Assembly (NCBI GenBank): GCA_012521875.1
Contig: JAAYLN010000019.1
Span: forward strand, 1 to 46,863
Reading direction: 5' to 3'
DNA from: Lentisphaerota bacterium
Lineage (GTDB): Bacteria; Verrucomicrobiota; Kiritimatiellia; RFP12; JAAYLN01
DNA: 46,863 nucleotides
This document shows, one piece after another, positions 16,999-25,472 of the stretch. Each line of letters begins with the position of its first letter. Within the stretch, counting starts at the first letter, position 1. A program made the translations under genes and the position numbers. The notes under the pieces are model-generated. The model had not been told where the DNA came from, did no database searches, and saw only the letters and a list, made by a program, of their open reading frames with translations.

Positions 16999-17023
16999 GA
17001 TCATACGACTAGGTCGTATGATC
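16999..17023. promoter_or_regulatory. Perfect palindrome GATCATACGAC-TAG-GTCGTATGATC (possible operator or protein-binding site)
   Basis: Perfect 11-bp arms with a 3-bp spacer. The sequence is unique in the window and unlike the recurrent modules. It lies about 470 bp upstream of the MmeI-like gene. Confidence 0.3.
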
Positions 17024-17076
17024 AACAAGCGCGACAAACGACGACAGGCGACAACGGCTTGCATCCGGCAAACAAC

Positions 17077-17388
17077 CCTTCTTCCCCAGCACTATATCCC
17101 GCCCCTACAGGGCTAGTCGTTTTTAGCCCCATTACCCAGGGCGTTGCCCTGGGCTGGTATATTTCGCCCCTTCAGGGCTTTCATCAACTTTGTCGCGAGA
17201 GCTTTGTCGGTAACTTTGTCGCCTTTGTCGAAGGCAACAGGAAAGCTCACGCGAAGGCGCGAAGCCGGGCCAAGAGCAAGCGGGTGGATGAAGCGTGCCG
17301 ATTAAGAGTGGGATTAAGAGAGGGTTTGGAGTGGGTGCTTCGCACTACACCTTGTCCCCACGCCTTGTCTCCTACACCATGTCCCCCA
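17077..17388 (+). repeat. Mosaic intergenic repeat block (a-a'-b-c-d)
   Basis: Modules in order: two module-a variants, including the hairpin cccagggc-gtt-gccctggg; module b (17184-17234); gcgaaggcgcgaag words; module c (17279-17346); module d (17347-17388). Confidence 0.9.
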
Positions 17389-17495
17389 CCCGTTTCCATC
17401 CCGTTTCCCTCCTTGCCCAACGCCCCCTGTCGTGCTAACTTGTTGTTAATCTCCGTGTCTACGCCACGGTCGCCATGGAACCATAGGACTACCGC

Positions 17496-20462
17496 ATGCC
17501 GCTCAGTTGGAATGAAATCCGCCAGAATGCCATCCGCTTCTCGCGCGAATGGGCTGAAGAAGGCCGCGAGGTGGCCGAGGCCAAATCCTTCTGGGATGAG
17601 TTCTTCGGCGTCTTCGGTGTCCGCCGCCGTCTTCTGGCGACCTTCGAGGAACCCGTCCGCAAGATCAGCGGCCAGTACGGCTACATCGATCTCTTCTGGC
17701 CCGGCACCATGCTCGCCGAGCACAAGAGCCGCGGCAAATCCCTCGACGAGGCCGAGTCCCAGGCCTTCAGCTACATTCGTGATCTAGCCCGCGAGCAGCG
17801 CATCGAGGAACTTCCCCGTTTCGTCATCCTCTCCGATTTCGAGCGCATCGCGCTGTACGATCTCGAGCCCGAGGATCAACCCAACCTGACGCCCTTCGAA
17901 CCCCGCCATTACTATAAGAATGAGTTTCCGCTAAAGGAACTCCATAAGCACCTCCACGACTTCGCCTTCATCGCCGGCTACCGGCAGCACCGCCTGCGCG
18001 ACGAGGATCCCATCAACATCCGGGCCGTCGAGATACTAGGCGATCTCCATGACGCGCTGGCTGCCGGCGGCTACACAGGCCATGACCTTGAGCGCTTTCT
18101 TGTCCGTATCCTTTTCTGCCTTTTCGCCGATGATACCGGCCTTTTCGAGCCCGACAGCTTCAAGCTCTTCATCGAGAACCGCACCGCTGCCGACGGCTCC
18201 GACCTGGGGCTGCACCTGGCGCAGCTCTTCGAGGTGCTGAACACCCCGATCAAGAACCGCCAGGCGCATCTCGACGAAATGCTGGCCGCCTTCCCGTACG
18301 TCAACGGCGAGCTTTTCAAGGAGCGTCTCGCCTTTGCCGCCTTCAACCGCGCCATGCGCGACGCGCTGATGCGATGCACGGAGTTCGACTGGTCAGCCAT
18401 CTCGCCTGCCATCTTCGGCTCGCTCTTCCAGGGCGTGATGGATCCCGCGGAACGCCGCCAGACCGGCGGACACTACACGTCCGAACGCGACATCCTCAAG
18501 GTCGTCAACGCGCTCTTCATGGACGACTTGCGCAAGGAATTCGAGTTCGCCCGGCGCAGCAAGTCCCTGCTCAGGCAGTTCCACCGCAAAATCGGCACCC
18601 TCCGCTTCCTCGATCCGGCGTGCGGCTGCGGCAACTTCCTGGTCATCACCTACCGCGAACTGCGCCTGCTGGAAATTGAAGTCCTCCAAGCGCTGTTCGG
18701 GGATGAGGTACAACAGGAACTGGACATACAGGTGCTTTCACAGGTGGACGTCGACGCCTTCACCGGCATCGAGATTCAGGAGTGGCCCGCTCGCATCGCC
18801 GAAGTCGCCATGTGGCTAATGGACCACCAGATGAACATCCGCCTTTCGGAAGCGTTCGGCCAGTACTTCGTCCGCCTGCCCCTCCGCAAATCCGCCAACA
18901 TCGTTCTCGGCAACGCCCTGCGGCTCGACTGGAAGGCGGTTCTGCCCCCCGAACAATGTTCCTACGTGCTCGGCAACCCGCCCTTCATCGGCAAACAGTT
19001 TCAAGATGTCTCGCAAAAGGCGGATATGAAGTTGGTCTGGGGCAAGGTCAAAGGCGCGGGCGTACTCGACTATGTCACCTGCTGGTATGCGAAGGCAGCC
19101 GACTATATACAGGACTCCGCGATCTGCGTCGGGTTCGTTTCGACCAACTCCATTTCCCAGGGTGAACAGGTCGGTGTGCTTTGGAACACGCTTTTCCAAC
19201 AGAACGTCAAGATTCATTTTGCTTACAGAACCTTCGCGTGGGCAAGCGAAGCACGTGGCAAAGCGCATGTGCATGTGGTGATCATCGGGTTCGGCTGTTT
19301 CAACCCGATGCGGAAACGGATTTACGAATGTGACGGCGACAAGGTCACTTGCGAAGAGGTTGAAAATATCAACCCGTACTTGGTCGAAGGCAACGATGTG
19401 TTCCCCGTGTCACGAAGTGTGCCGCTGTGCCCTGTACCCAATATGATGTTCGGCAGTATGCCGAACGACGGGGGAAACCTGTTGCTGTCAGATAAAGAAG
19501 CTGCCGCACTTGAGAAGGCTTATCCTGCTGCTGCCAAGTGGATACGTCCCTTTATCGGTTCAGAAGAGTTGATTAACGGTTGTCCGCGTGCCTGCTTGTG
19601 GCTTGTAGATGTTTCTCCCCACGAGATACGCAATTGTTCCGGCGTGCTAAAACGTGTAGAAGCGGTGCGCGATAAGCGAAGCATCAGCACAAGGGCGGAA
19701 ACGCAAGCCTTGGCAAAGACACCCGCTTTATTCGGAGAGATACGGCAACCAACCACCCGGTATCTTGCCATCCCAAAAACATCGTCGGAAAGACGGGCTT
19801 TTATTCCCATCGCATTTCTTGGCCCTGATGTGATCGCAAGCACTGAGATATTCACCATCCCCGACGCCACGCTGTACCACTTCGGCATATTGACCTCCAC
19901 CATGCACATGGCATGGATGCGGCAGGTGTGCGGACGTCTGAAATCCGATTACCGTTACTCAGCGGGGCTGGTCTACAATAACTTCCCATGGCCGCGACTC
20001 GACCTGCCGCTTCAGGAGGGTGACGTCCGCGTCCGGGAAGCAGCGTCACGGATCTATTGGTCCTCCTATCATGAAGGCGGGGAAGACGAAAACGCCTTCC
20101 GCCCACAACCGAAGCCCCCGACCGTCCGCCTGATCGGCGATGCGCGGAAAATAGCGGCAGTTGAGGCCAAGGCAAAGGCCGTGCTCGATGTGCGGGCGCG
20201 GCATCCGCTCGCGACGCTGGCCGACCTCTACGACCCGCTGACCATGCCGCCGGATCTGGTCAAGGCGCATGCCGACCTCGACCGCGCGGTGGACCGCTGC
20301 TACCGTACCGCACCCTTTACCTCCGAACGCCAGCGCGTGGAGTTCCTCTTCGCCCTCTACGAGCACTACACCTCGCCGCTTCTGCCAGCCACCGAAACAA
20401 GGCGCAAGCGCTCAAAGGCACGAGCAGTTTCGTCACCATCCCGCAAAGGCAAGAGGTTTTGA
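17496..20462 (+). CDS. MmeI-family Type IIL (IIG) single-chain restriction endonuclease / N6-adenine DNA methyltransferase
   Basis: 988 aa. The N-terminus MPLSWNEIRQNAIRFSREWAEE..AEAKSFWDEFFGVFGV..IDLFWPGTMLAEHKSRGKSLD parallels the MmeI N-terminal nuclease domain, including D-x9-E-x-K. SAM motif I is FLDPACGCGNFL and motif IV is VLGNPPFIG. The C-terminus LADLYDPLTMPPDLVKAHADLDRAVDRCY is typical of the family. Confidence 0.85.
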   Translation: MPLSWNEIRQNAIRFSREWAEEGREVAEAKSFWDEFFGVFGVRRRLLATFEEPVRKISGQYGYIDLFWPGTMLAEHKSRGKSLDEAESQAFSYIRDLAREQRIEELPRFVILSDFERIALYDLEPEDQPNLTPFEPRHYYKNEFPLKELHKHLHDFAFIAGYRQHRLRDEDPINIRAVEILGDLHDALAAGGYTGHDLERFLVRILFCLFADDTGLFEPDSFKLFIENRTAADGSDLGLHLAQLFEVLNTPIKNRQAHLDEMLAAFPYVNGELFKERLAFAAFNRAMRDALMRCTEFDWSAISPAIFGSLFQGVMDPAERRQTGGHYTSERDILKVVNALFMDDLRKEFEFARRSKSLLRQFHRKIGTLRFLDPACGCGNFLVITYRELRLLEIEVLQALFGDEVQQELDIQVLSQVDVDAFTGIEIQEWPARIAEVAMWLMDHQMNIRLSEAFGQYFVRLPLRKSANIVLGNALRLDWKAVLPPEQCSYVLGNPPFIGKQFQDVSQKADMKLVWGKVKGAGVLDYVTCWYAKAADYIQDSAICVGFVSTNSISQGEQVGVLWNTLFQQNVKIHFAYRTFAWASEARGKAHVHVVIIGFGCFNPMRKRIYECDGDKVTCEEVENINPYLVEGNDVFPVSRSVPLCPVPNMMFGSMPNDGGNLLLSDKEAAALEKAYPAAAKWIRPFIGSEELINGCPRACLWLVDVSPHEIRNCSGVLKRVEAVRDKRSISTRAETQALAKTPALFGEIRQPTTRYLAIPKTSSERRAFIPIAFLGPDVIASTEIFTIPDATLYHFGILTSTMHMAWMRQVCGRLKSDYRYSAGLVYNNFPWPRLDLPLQEGDVRVREAASRIYWSSYHEGGEDENAFRPQPKPPTVRLIGDARKIAAVEAKAKAVLDVRARHPLATLADLYDPLTMPPDLVKAHADLDRAVDRCYRTAPFTSERQRVEFLFALYEHYTSPLLPATETRRKRSKARAVSSPSRKGKRF

Positions 20463-20569
20463 AAGAGTGTGATTACCGTCTCGCCGGACATTCCCCTTGC
20501 CGTTTGCGCGCTTCTCATGCATACTATGACTTTTCACAGGCCCAGACGGGTTTTGAGGAGAAGGACGAC

Positions 20570-21847
20570 ATGCAGAAGACTTTGGCTTTGCGACTCTACG
20601 GCGAGAACGACCTCCGGCTCGAGCGGTTCGAGCTGCCGGAGATTGCCGACAATGAAATCCTGGCGGAAGTAATCTCCAACAGCATCTGCATGTCGGATCA
20701 CAAGGCGGCCGCGCAGGGCGGACGGCACAAGCGCGTGCCGGCAGATTGCGCCACCAACCCCATCATCCTCGGCCACGAGTTCTGCGGAACGCTGCTGAAG
20801 GTCGGCCCGGCGTGGCGTGACCGCTTCCAGCCCGGCCAGAAGTTCGCCATCCAGCCGGCGCTCAGCATGAAGGGGCGCGAGCACATGGCCCCCGGCTACT
20901 CCTACCCGCATATCGGCGGACACGCCACGCACGTCATCATCCCCAACGACGTGATGGAGCACAACTGCCTGCTGCCCTACGATGGCGACGCCTTCTTCAA
21001 GGCCTCGCTGGCCGAGCCGGTCTCGTGCATCGTCGGTGCCTACAAGAGCAGCTACCACTACACCCCCGGCACCTACGTCCACCAGATGGGCGTGCGCCGC
21101 GGCGGCTGCATGGCCGTGCTGGCGGGCGCGGGCCCCATGGGACTCAGCGCGATCGACCTAGCCCTGCATGACGAGACCTACCGCCCCGCCGTGCTGGTCA
21201 TCACCGACATCGACCAGACGCGCCTAGACCGGGCAGCCGCAATCTTCTCGCCGGCCGAGGCCGCGAAGTGCGGCGTGAAACTGCACTACGTCAACACCAC
21301 CGCCCACGACGACCCCGTCGCCGCGCTGAAGGCGCTGACGCCCGGCGGCCAGGGCTATGACGATGTCATGGTCTTCGCGCCGGTGGCCGCGCTGGTCGAG
21401 CAGGCCTCCGACATCCTGGGCCTCAACGGCTGCCTCAACTTCTTCGCGGGTCCCACCAAGACCGACTTCAAGGCGAAGATGAACTTCTACGATGTTCACT
21501 ACATGGGTCACCATGTCGTCGGTTCGTCGGGGGGCAACAAGGAGGATCTGCAGGACTCACTGAACCTGATGAGCGCCGGCAAGATCGACCCTGCCGTGAT
21601 GGTCACACACGTCGGCGGCATCGACTCCGCAGCCGAGACGACCATCAACCTGCCCTCGATCCCCGGCGGCAAGAAGCTGGTCTATACGCACATCTCGATG
21701 CCGATGACCGCCATCAGCGACTTCGCCGCCAAGGGCAAGGACAATCCGCTCCTCGCCGGACTGGCGGAAATCTGCGAGCGAAACCGCGGGCTGTGGTCGC
21801 TTGAGGCCGAGCAGTTCCTGCTGAAGAACGCCAACGTGATTGGCTAA
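20570..21847 (+). CDS. MDR-family zinc-dependent polyol/sugar-phosphate dehydrogenase (possibly sorbose-1-phosphate-reductase-like)
   Basis: MQKTLALRLYGENDLRLERFELPE..ISNSICMSDHK resembles a GroES-like fold with a Zn ligand region. VLAGAGPMGLSAIDLA is a Rossmann GxGxxG motif. I chose the ATG at 20570, preceded by GAGGAGAAGG. The upstream extension of the ORF track looks non-coding. Confidence 0.7.
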   Translation: MQKTLALRLYGENDLRLERFELPEIADNEILAEVISNSICMSDHKAAAQGGRHKRVPADCATNPIILGHEFCGTLLKVGPAWRDRFQPGQKFAIQPALSMKGREHMAPGYSYPHIGGHATHVIIPNDVMEHNCLLPYDGDAFFKASLAEPVSCIVGAYKSSYHYTPGTYVHQMGVRRGGCMAVLAGAGPMGLSAIDLALHDETYRPAVLVITDIDQTRLDRAAAIFSPAEAAKCGVKLHYVNTTAHDDPVAALKALTPGGQGYDDVMVFAPVAALVEQASDILGLNGCLNFFAGPTKTDFKAKMNFYDVHYMGHHVVGSSGGNKEDLQDSLNLMSAGKIDPAVMVTHVGGIDSAAETTINLPSIPGGKKLVYTHISMPMTAISDFAAKGKDNPLLAGLAEICERNRGLWSLEAEQFLLKNANVIG

Positions 21848-21853
21848 CGCGCG

Positions 21854-22016
21854 GGGTGCGCTTCACAATTGTGGATGCGCACCCGGAATCCAGTAGCCAG
21901 AATCCAGAATTCTGAATGTAACGCTACTCCTTTCGCGTTCCATTTAGTGCCTATGCACCGGTACAAGATTCTGGATTCTGAATTCTGAATTCTGCGATTC
22001 AACCTTGTTGAATCGC
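21854..22016 (+). repeat. Hairpin-bounded element A (H1, CCAGAAT words, core, ATTCTGG words, H2) between convergent genes
   Basis: H1 is gggtgcgc-ttcacaattgtggat-gcgcaccc (21854-21884). H2 is gcgattcaac-ctt-gttgaatcgc (21994-22016), 1 nt from the nifS stop. Internal gaatccagaattc / gattctggattctgaattc words flank a core of about 55 bp. A related copy lies in the opposite orientation at 38719-38929. Confidence 0.8.
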
Positions 22017-22017
22017 A

Positions 22018-23178
22018 CTAACGCACAAACGGCGACATCGCGCGCAGCTTGGCCACGATGCGGGGCATGTGCTCCAGCACGTAGTCAATCTCGCGCGCGG
22101 TGGTATAGCGGCTGAGGCTGAAACGGATCGAGCCGTGAGCCGCCGTGAAGGGTATGCCCATGGCGCGGATCACATGCGATGGCTCCAGCGAGCCCGACGA
22201 GCAGGCCGAACCCGACGAGGCGCAGATGCCCAGATCGCTGAGGTGGTAGAGGATCGCCTCCCCCTCGATCAGCGCGAAGCTGATGTTGGTGGTGTTCGGC
22301 ACCCGGTGCGCGCGGTCACCGTTGACGCTTGTATCGGGACAGCTCTCCAGCAAGCCTTTCTCAAGACGATCACGCAGGATCGCCACGGTATCGCTCTCCG
22401 CCAGATGTTCGCGCGCCAGGTCGCAGGCGCGGGCCAGGCCGGCGATGTAGGGCACGTTCTCAGTACCGCCGCGGCGTCCGTGCTCCTGGTGTCCGCCCAC
22501 CATGTAGGTCTTCAGGCGTGTACCGCGGCGGATGTAGAGCACGCCGATGCCCTTGGGCGCATGCAGCTTGTGGCCGGCGAAGGAGAGCAGATCCACCGGC
22601 ACGCGGCGCACGTCGATCGGCACCTTGCCGGCAGCCTGTACCGCGTCGGTATGCAGCACGGCACCGGCGGCCTTGACCATGCGGGCGATCTCCTCCATCG
22701 GAAAGAGCACCCCCGTCTCGTTGTTGGCCCACATGAGCGAAACCAGGGCCGGGCCGGATTGCAGCTCGCGGCGCAGATGGTCGAGATCGAGCAGCCCGCC
22801 ACCGTCGACGCCGATCTCGACGACGCGGTAGCCGTGGTCGTCGTGGAAGTGGCGGCAGGGCCCCAGCACGGCGGGATGCTCGACCCGCGAAGTGATGATC
22901 GTGGCGGCAGGACCGAGGATCTCGGCGGCACCGTAGATCGCCATGTTGTTGCTCTCGGTACCGCAGCTCGTGAAGACAATCTCCGAGGGATCGGCGTTGA
23001 TCAGCGCCGCGACGCGCGCACGCGCCTCCTCGACATCACGCATCACCTCGCCGCCAAAGCGGTGCATGCTCGACGGATTGCCCCACTTGGTGGTGAAGTA
23101 GGGCTGCATGGCCGCGATGACCTCCGGCGCGACGGCGGTCGTGGCGTTGTTGTCCAGATAGACGAGCGGCGTGGACAT
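22018..23178 (-). CDS. nifS: Cysteine desulfurase NifS (class I, NIF-type)
   Basis: Contains MSTPLVYLDNNATT, the PLP-Lys region SFAGHKLHAPKGIG and the active-site Cys loop SSGSACSSGS. I chose the ATG at 23178, 1 nt after the nifU stop. The ORF track extends to 23247. Confidence 0.9.
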   Translation of the reverse strand: MSTPLVYLDNNATTAVAPEVIAAMQPYFTTKWGNPSSMHRFGGEVMRDVEEARARVAALINADPSEIVFTSCGTESNNMAIYGAAEILGPAATIITSRVEHPAVLGPCRHFHDDHGYRVVEIGVDGGGLLDLDHLRRELQSGPALVSLMWANNETGVLFPMEEIARMVKAAGAVLHTDAVQAAGKVPIDVRRVPVDLLSFAGHKLHAPKGIGVLYIRRGTRLKTYMVGGHQEHGRRGGTENVPYIAGLARACDLAREHLAESDTVAILRDRLEKGLLESCPDTSVNGDRAHRVPNTTNISFALIEGEAILYHLSDLGICASSGSACSSGSLEPSHVIRAMGIPFTAAHGSIRFSLSRYTTAREIDYVLEHMPRIVAKLRAMSPFVR

Positions 23179-23179
23179 G

Positions 23180-24025
23180 TCAGCGCTCCTCCTCGACGAC
23201 GATGTCGCTGGAGACGAGCTCGCGCAGCTTGGCCTCGACAAGACCACTGCGGGTCAGCTCGGCACTCTGGCAGCCGGCGCACATGCCGCGGAAGGCGATG
23301 ATCACGCGCGGGCCGTCGATGTCCACCAGCTCGATGTCGCCCTGGTCGCGGCGCAGCACGGGGCGGATCTCGCGCTCGATGACATCCTGGATCATCTGTA
23401 TGCGCTGCAGATTGGTCAGCTTGCGCTCGGGTCTGGGCGCGCTCTTGCGCGCCTGCCGGTCGGCCAGCTCCTGGTCGAGCAGCGCCTGCAGGTCGGGCTT
23501 GCACTGGCCGCAGCCGCCGCCGGCCTTGCAGAAGTTGGTGATCTGCTCGACACTCGTCAGGTTGTTCTCCCGCACCACGCGCAGCACCTCCTGCTCCGAG
23601 ACGCCGAAGCAGGCGCAGATGATCTTCTCGTCGTGCAGGTCGCGCACCACCGTCTCGCCCGTGCGGTAGTTGTGGATGGCGGCCTCGAGCGCCTCGCGCC
23701 CCATCACGGAGCAGTGCATCTTCTGCTCCGGCAGGCCGCCCAGATAGTCGGCGATCTGCTGGTTGGTGATCTGCTCCGCCTCCTCGATGGTCTTGCCGAG
23801 CACCATCTCGGTCAGCGCCGAGGAGGAGGCGATGGCGCTGGCGCAGCCGAAGGTCTTGAACTTGACCTCGGCGATCCGCTTGTCCGGCCCCAGCTTGAAC
23901 ATCAGCGTCAGCGCATCGCCGCAGGCGAGCGAGCCGACGGTGCCGACGCCATCCGGGTTTTCAATCGTGCCGACGTTCCGCGGATTGCGGAAGTGATCCA
24001 GAATCTTTTCCGTATAGTCCCACAT
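23180..24025 (-). CDS. nifU: Fe-S cluster assembly scaffold NifU (three-domain)
   Basis: 281 aa. The IscU-like N-terminus is MWDYTEKILDHFRNPRNVGTIENPDGVGTVGSLACGDALTL. The central region (CACFGVSE..CKAGGGCGQC) is BFD-like [2Fe-2S]. The C-terminal Nfu domain has GMCAGC. Confidence 0.9.
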   Translation of the reverse strand: MWDYTEKILDHFRNPRNVGTIENPDGVGTVGSLACGDALTLMFKLGPDKRIAEVKFKTFGCASAIASSSALTEMVLGKTIEEAEQITNQQIADYLGGLPEQKMHCSVMGREALEAAIHNYRTGETVVRDLHDEKIICACFGVSEQEVLRVVRENNLTSVEQITNFCKAGGGCGQCKPDLQALLDQELADRQARKSAPRPERKLTNLQRIQMIQDVIEREIRPVLRRDQGDIELVDIDGPRVIIAFRGMCAGCQSAELTRSGLVEAKLRELVSSDIVVEEER

Positions 24026-24059
24026 GTCTAGCTCCCCTCGCCCATCGCCGCGGCGCGGC

Positions 24060-25313
24060 TCAATGCTTGAAACTGCGCTGCCCGGTGAAGACCATCGCCA
24101 CGCCGGCCTCGTTGCAGCAGTCGATCACGTCCCAGTCGCGCAGCGAGCCGCCCGGCTGGACAATGGCCGACACCCCTTCGCGGATGCCGACCTCGACTCC
24201 GTCACGGAACGGGAAGAAGGCGTCGGAGACCATGCAGCTCCCCTCCAGGCCGCCGTGGCAGGCGGCGACCTCCTCGTCCAGTTCGGCGCGGCGCGCGGCG
24301 TCCGGCAGCTCGTTGTAGGGCTTGCCGAAGCGCTCGAATGAGAGCCAGTCGGCCAGCTTGCGGTAGGCCTTGTCGCGCGCGATCTCGGCCACGCCGACGC
24401 GGTCCTGCTCGCCGGTACCGATGCCCACCGTGACGCCGTCCTTGACGTAGAGCACGGAGTTGCTGGTCACGCCGGCCTCGACCAGCCAGCCGAAGAGCAG
24501 GTCGTCGAGCTCCCGCGCCGTCGGTGTGCGCCTGATCTCGTGCGTGACGCCCTGATACGTAGCCGCCGCAGGCAGGAAACCGGCCGTTGTGCGCACGGTC
24601 GGCATGAAGGACCACTGGGCCACCAGGCCACCGTCGATCAGCGACTTGAAGTCAACGAAGCGCTCCGCCGCGAAGCTCTCGAGACGCGCGATATTGTCGA
24701 TGCGCATCACACGCAGGTTCTTCCTGGCGGCGAGGATATCCATCACACCCGGCGCGAAATCGGGTGCCAGCACCACCTCGGCGTAGTTTTGCGCGATCTG
24801 CCGCGCGGTCTCGATGTCGCACGTGCGGTTGAGCGCGATGCAGCCGCCGAAGGCCGCCAGACGGTCGGCCTTGTTGGCGCGGTAGTAGGCATCGGCCAGC
24901 GAGCCGGCCTTGGCGACGCCGCAGGGGTTGTTGTGCTTGACGATCACCGCGCAGGGTGTGTCAGCGAGGTAGCGCAGGATGTTGAGGGCATTGTCGGCAT
25001 CGGTCAGGTTGATCTTGCCGGGGTGCTTGCCGAACTGGAGCAGTTCCGGATCCGAGGCCAGGTAGCGCCCTGGCTGGATGGAGACCACATCGGCCAGCGC
25101 CAGGTTGCCGTTGATAAGCTTGTACATGGCCGCCGGCTGGTCGGGGTTCTCGCCGTAGCGCAGTCCGCGCACCTCGTCGCCGATCTTCCAGACCACCTTC
25201 TCATAGCGCAGAGTCTGGCGTTCGGAACCCGTACCGAAGCTGATCTCCAGCTCGGGCGGGAACGGGTCGTCGAGGATGGTGCGGTAGGCGGCTTTAAGGT
25301 CTTTGTTCGGCAT
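24060..25313 (-). CDS. AICAR formyltransferase-domain protein (PurH-like, lacking the MGS/IMP-cyclohydrolase domain)
   Basis: VIVKHNNPCGVA, GGCIALNR, SDAFFPFRDG and IVQPGGSLRD are the AICARFT signatures of PurH. There is no N-terminal MGS-like domain. I chose the ATG at 25313. The ORF track extends to 25415. Confidence 0.75.
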   Translation of the reverse strand: MPNKDLKAAYRTILDDPFPPELEISFGTGSERQTLRYEKVVWKIGDEVRGLRYGENPDQPAAMYKLINGNLALADVVSIQPGRYLASDPELLQFGKHPGKINLTDADNALNILRYLADTPCAVIVKHNNPCGVAKAGSLADAYYRANKADRLAAFGGCIALNRTCDIETARQIAQNYAEVVLAPDFAPGVMDILAARKNLRVMRIDNIARLESFAAERFVDFKSLIDGGLVAQWSFMPTVRTTAGFLPAAATYQGVTHEIRRTPTARELDDLLFGWLVEAGVTSNSVLYVKDGVTVGIGTGEQDRVGVAEIARDKAYRKLADWLSFERFGKPYNELPDAARRAELDEEVAACHGGLEGSCMVSDAFFPFRDGVEVGIREGVSAIVQPGGSLRDWDVIDCCNEAGVAMVFTGQRSFKH

Positions 25314-25438
25314 GGGTCTTTCCTGTCGGGTAAGGCTAAGGGACATCAAACGAGGTATTATGCCCCAAACTGACCGATTTGGCAAGAGAGAGGTTGGGGG
25401 GTTGGGTAAGCTCACTTAAACACTTAAACGCATTGTGG

Positions 25439-25466
25439 TTGCATAAGAATGATCCGCGCGTATACT
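25439..25466 (+). promoter_or_regulatory. Candidate sigma70-like promoter TTGCAT-16nt-TATACT, 6 nt upstream of the ATG at 25473 (leaderless candidate)
   Basis: The sequence reads ttgcat aagaatgatccgcgcg tatact gtatcc ATG. No Shine-Dalgarno motif is present. If real, it excludes the ATG at 25449 as the start. Confidence 0.3.
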
Positions 25467-25472
25467 GTATCC

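Noticed and set aside
17059-17787. 242-aa ORF spanning the repeat block and the start of the MmeI-like gene. Other small ORFs lie inside repeat blocks, for example 1122-1430, 5327-5717, 13741-14220, 26948-27715, 37344-37950, 37947-38351
   Set aside because: Their sequences are direct translations of the repeat words (LCRKLC, PRPRPRPR, SSSSSS, TKLPTKLATK) and have no independent coding signal.
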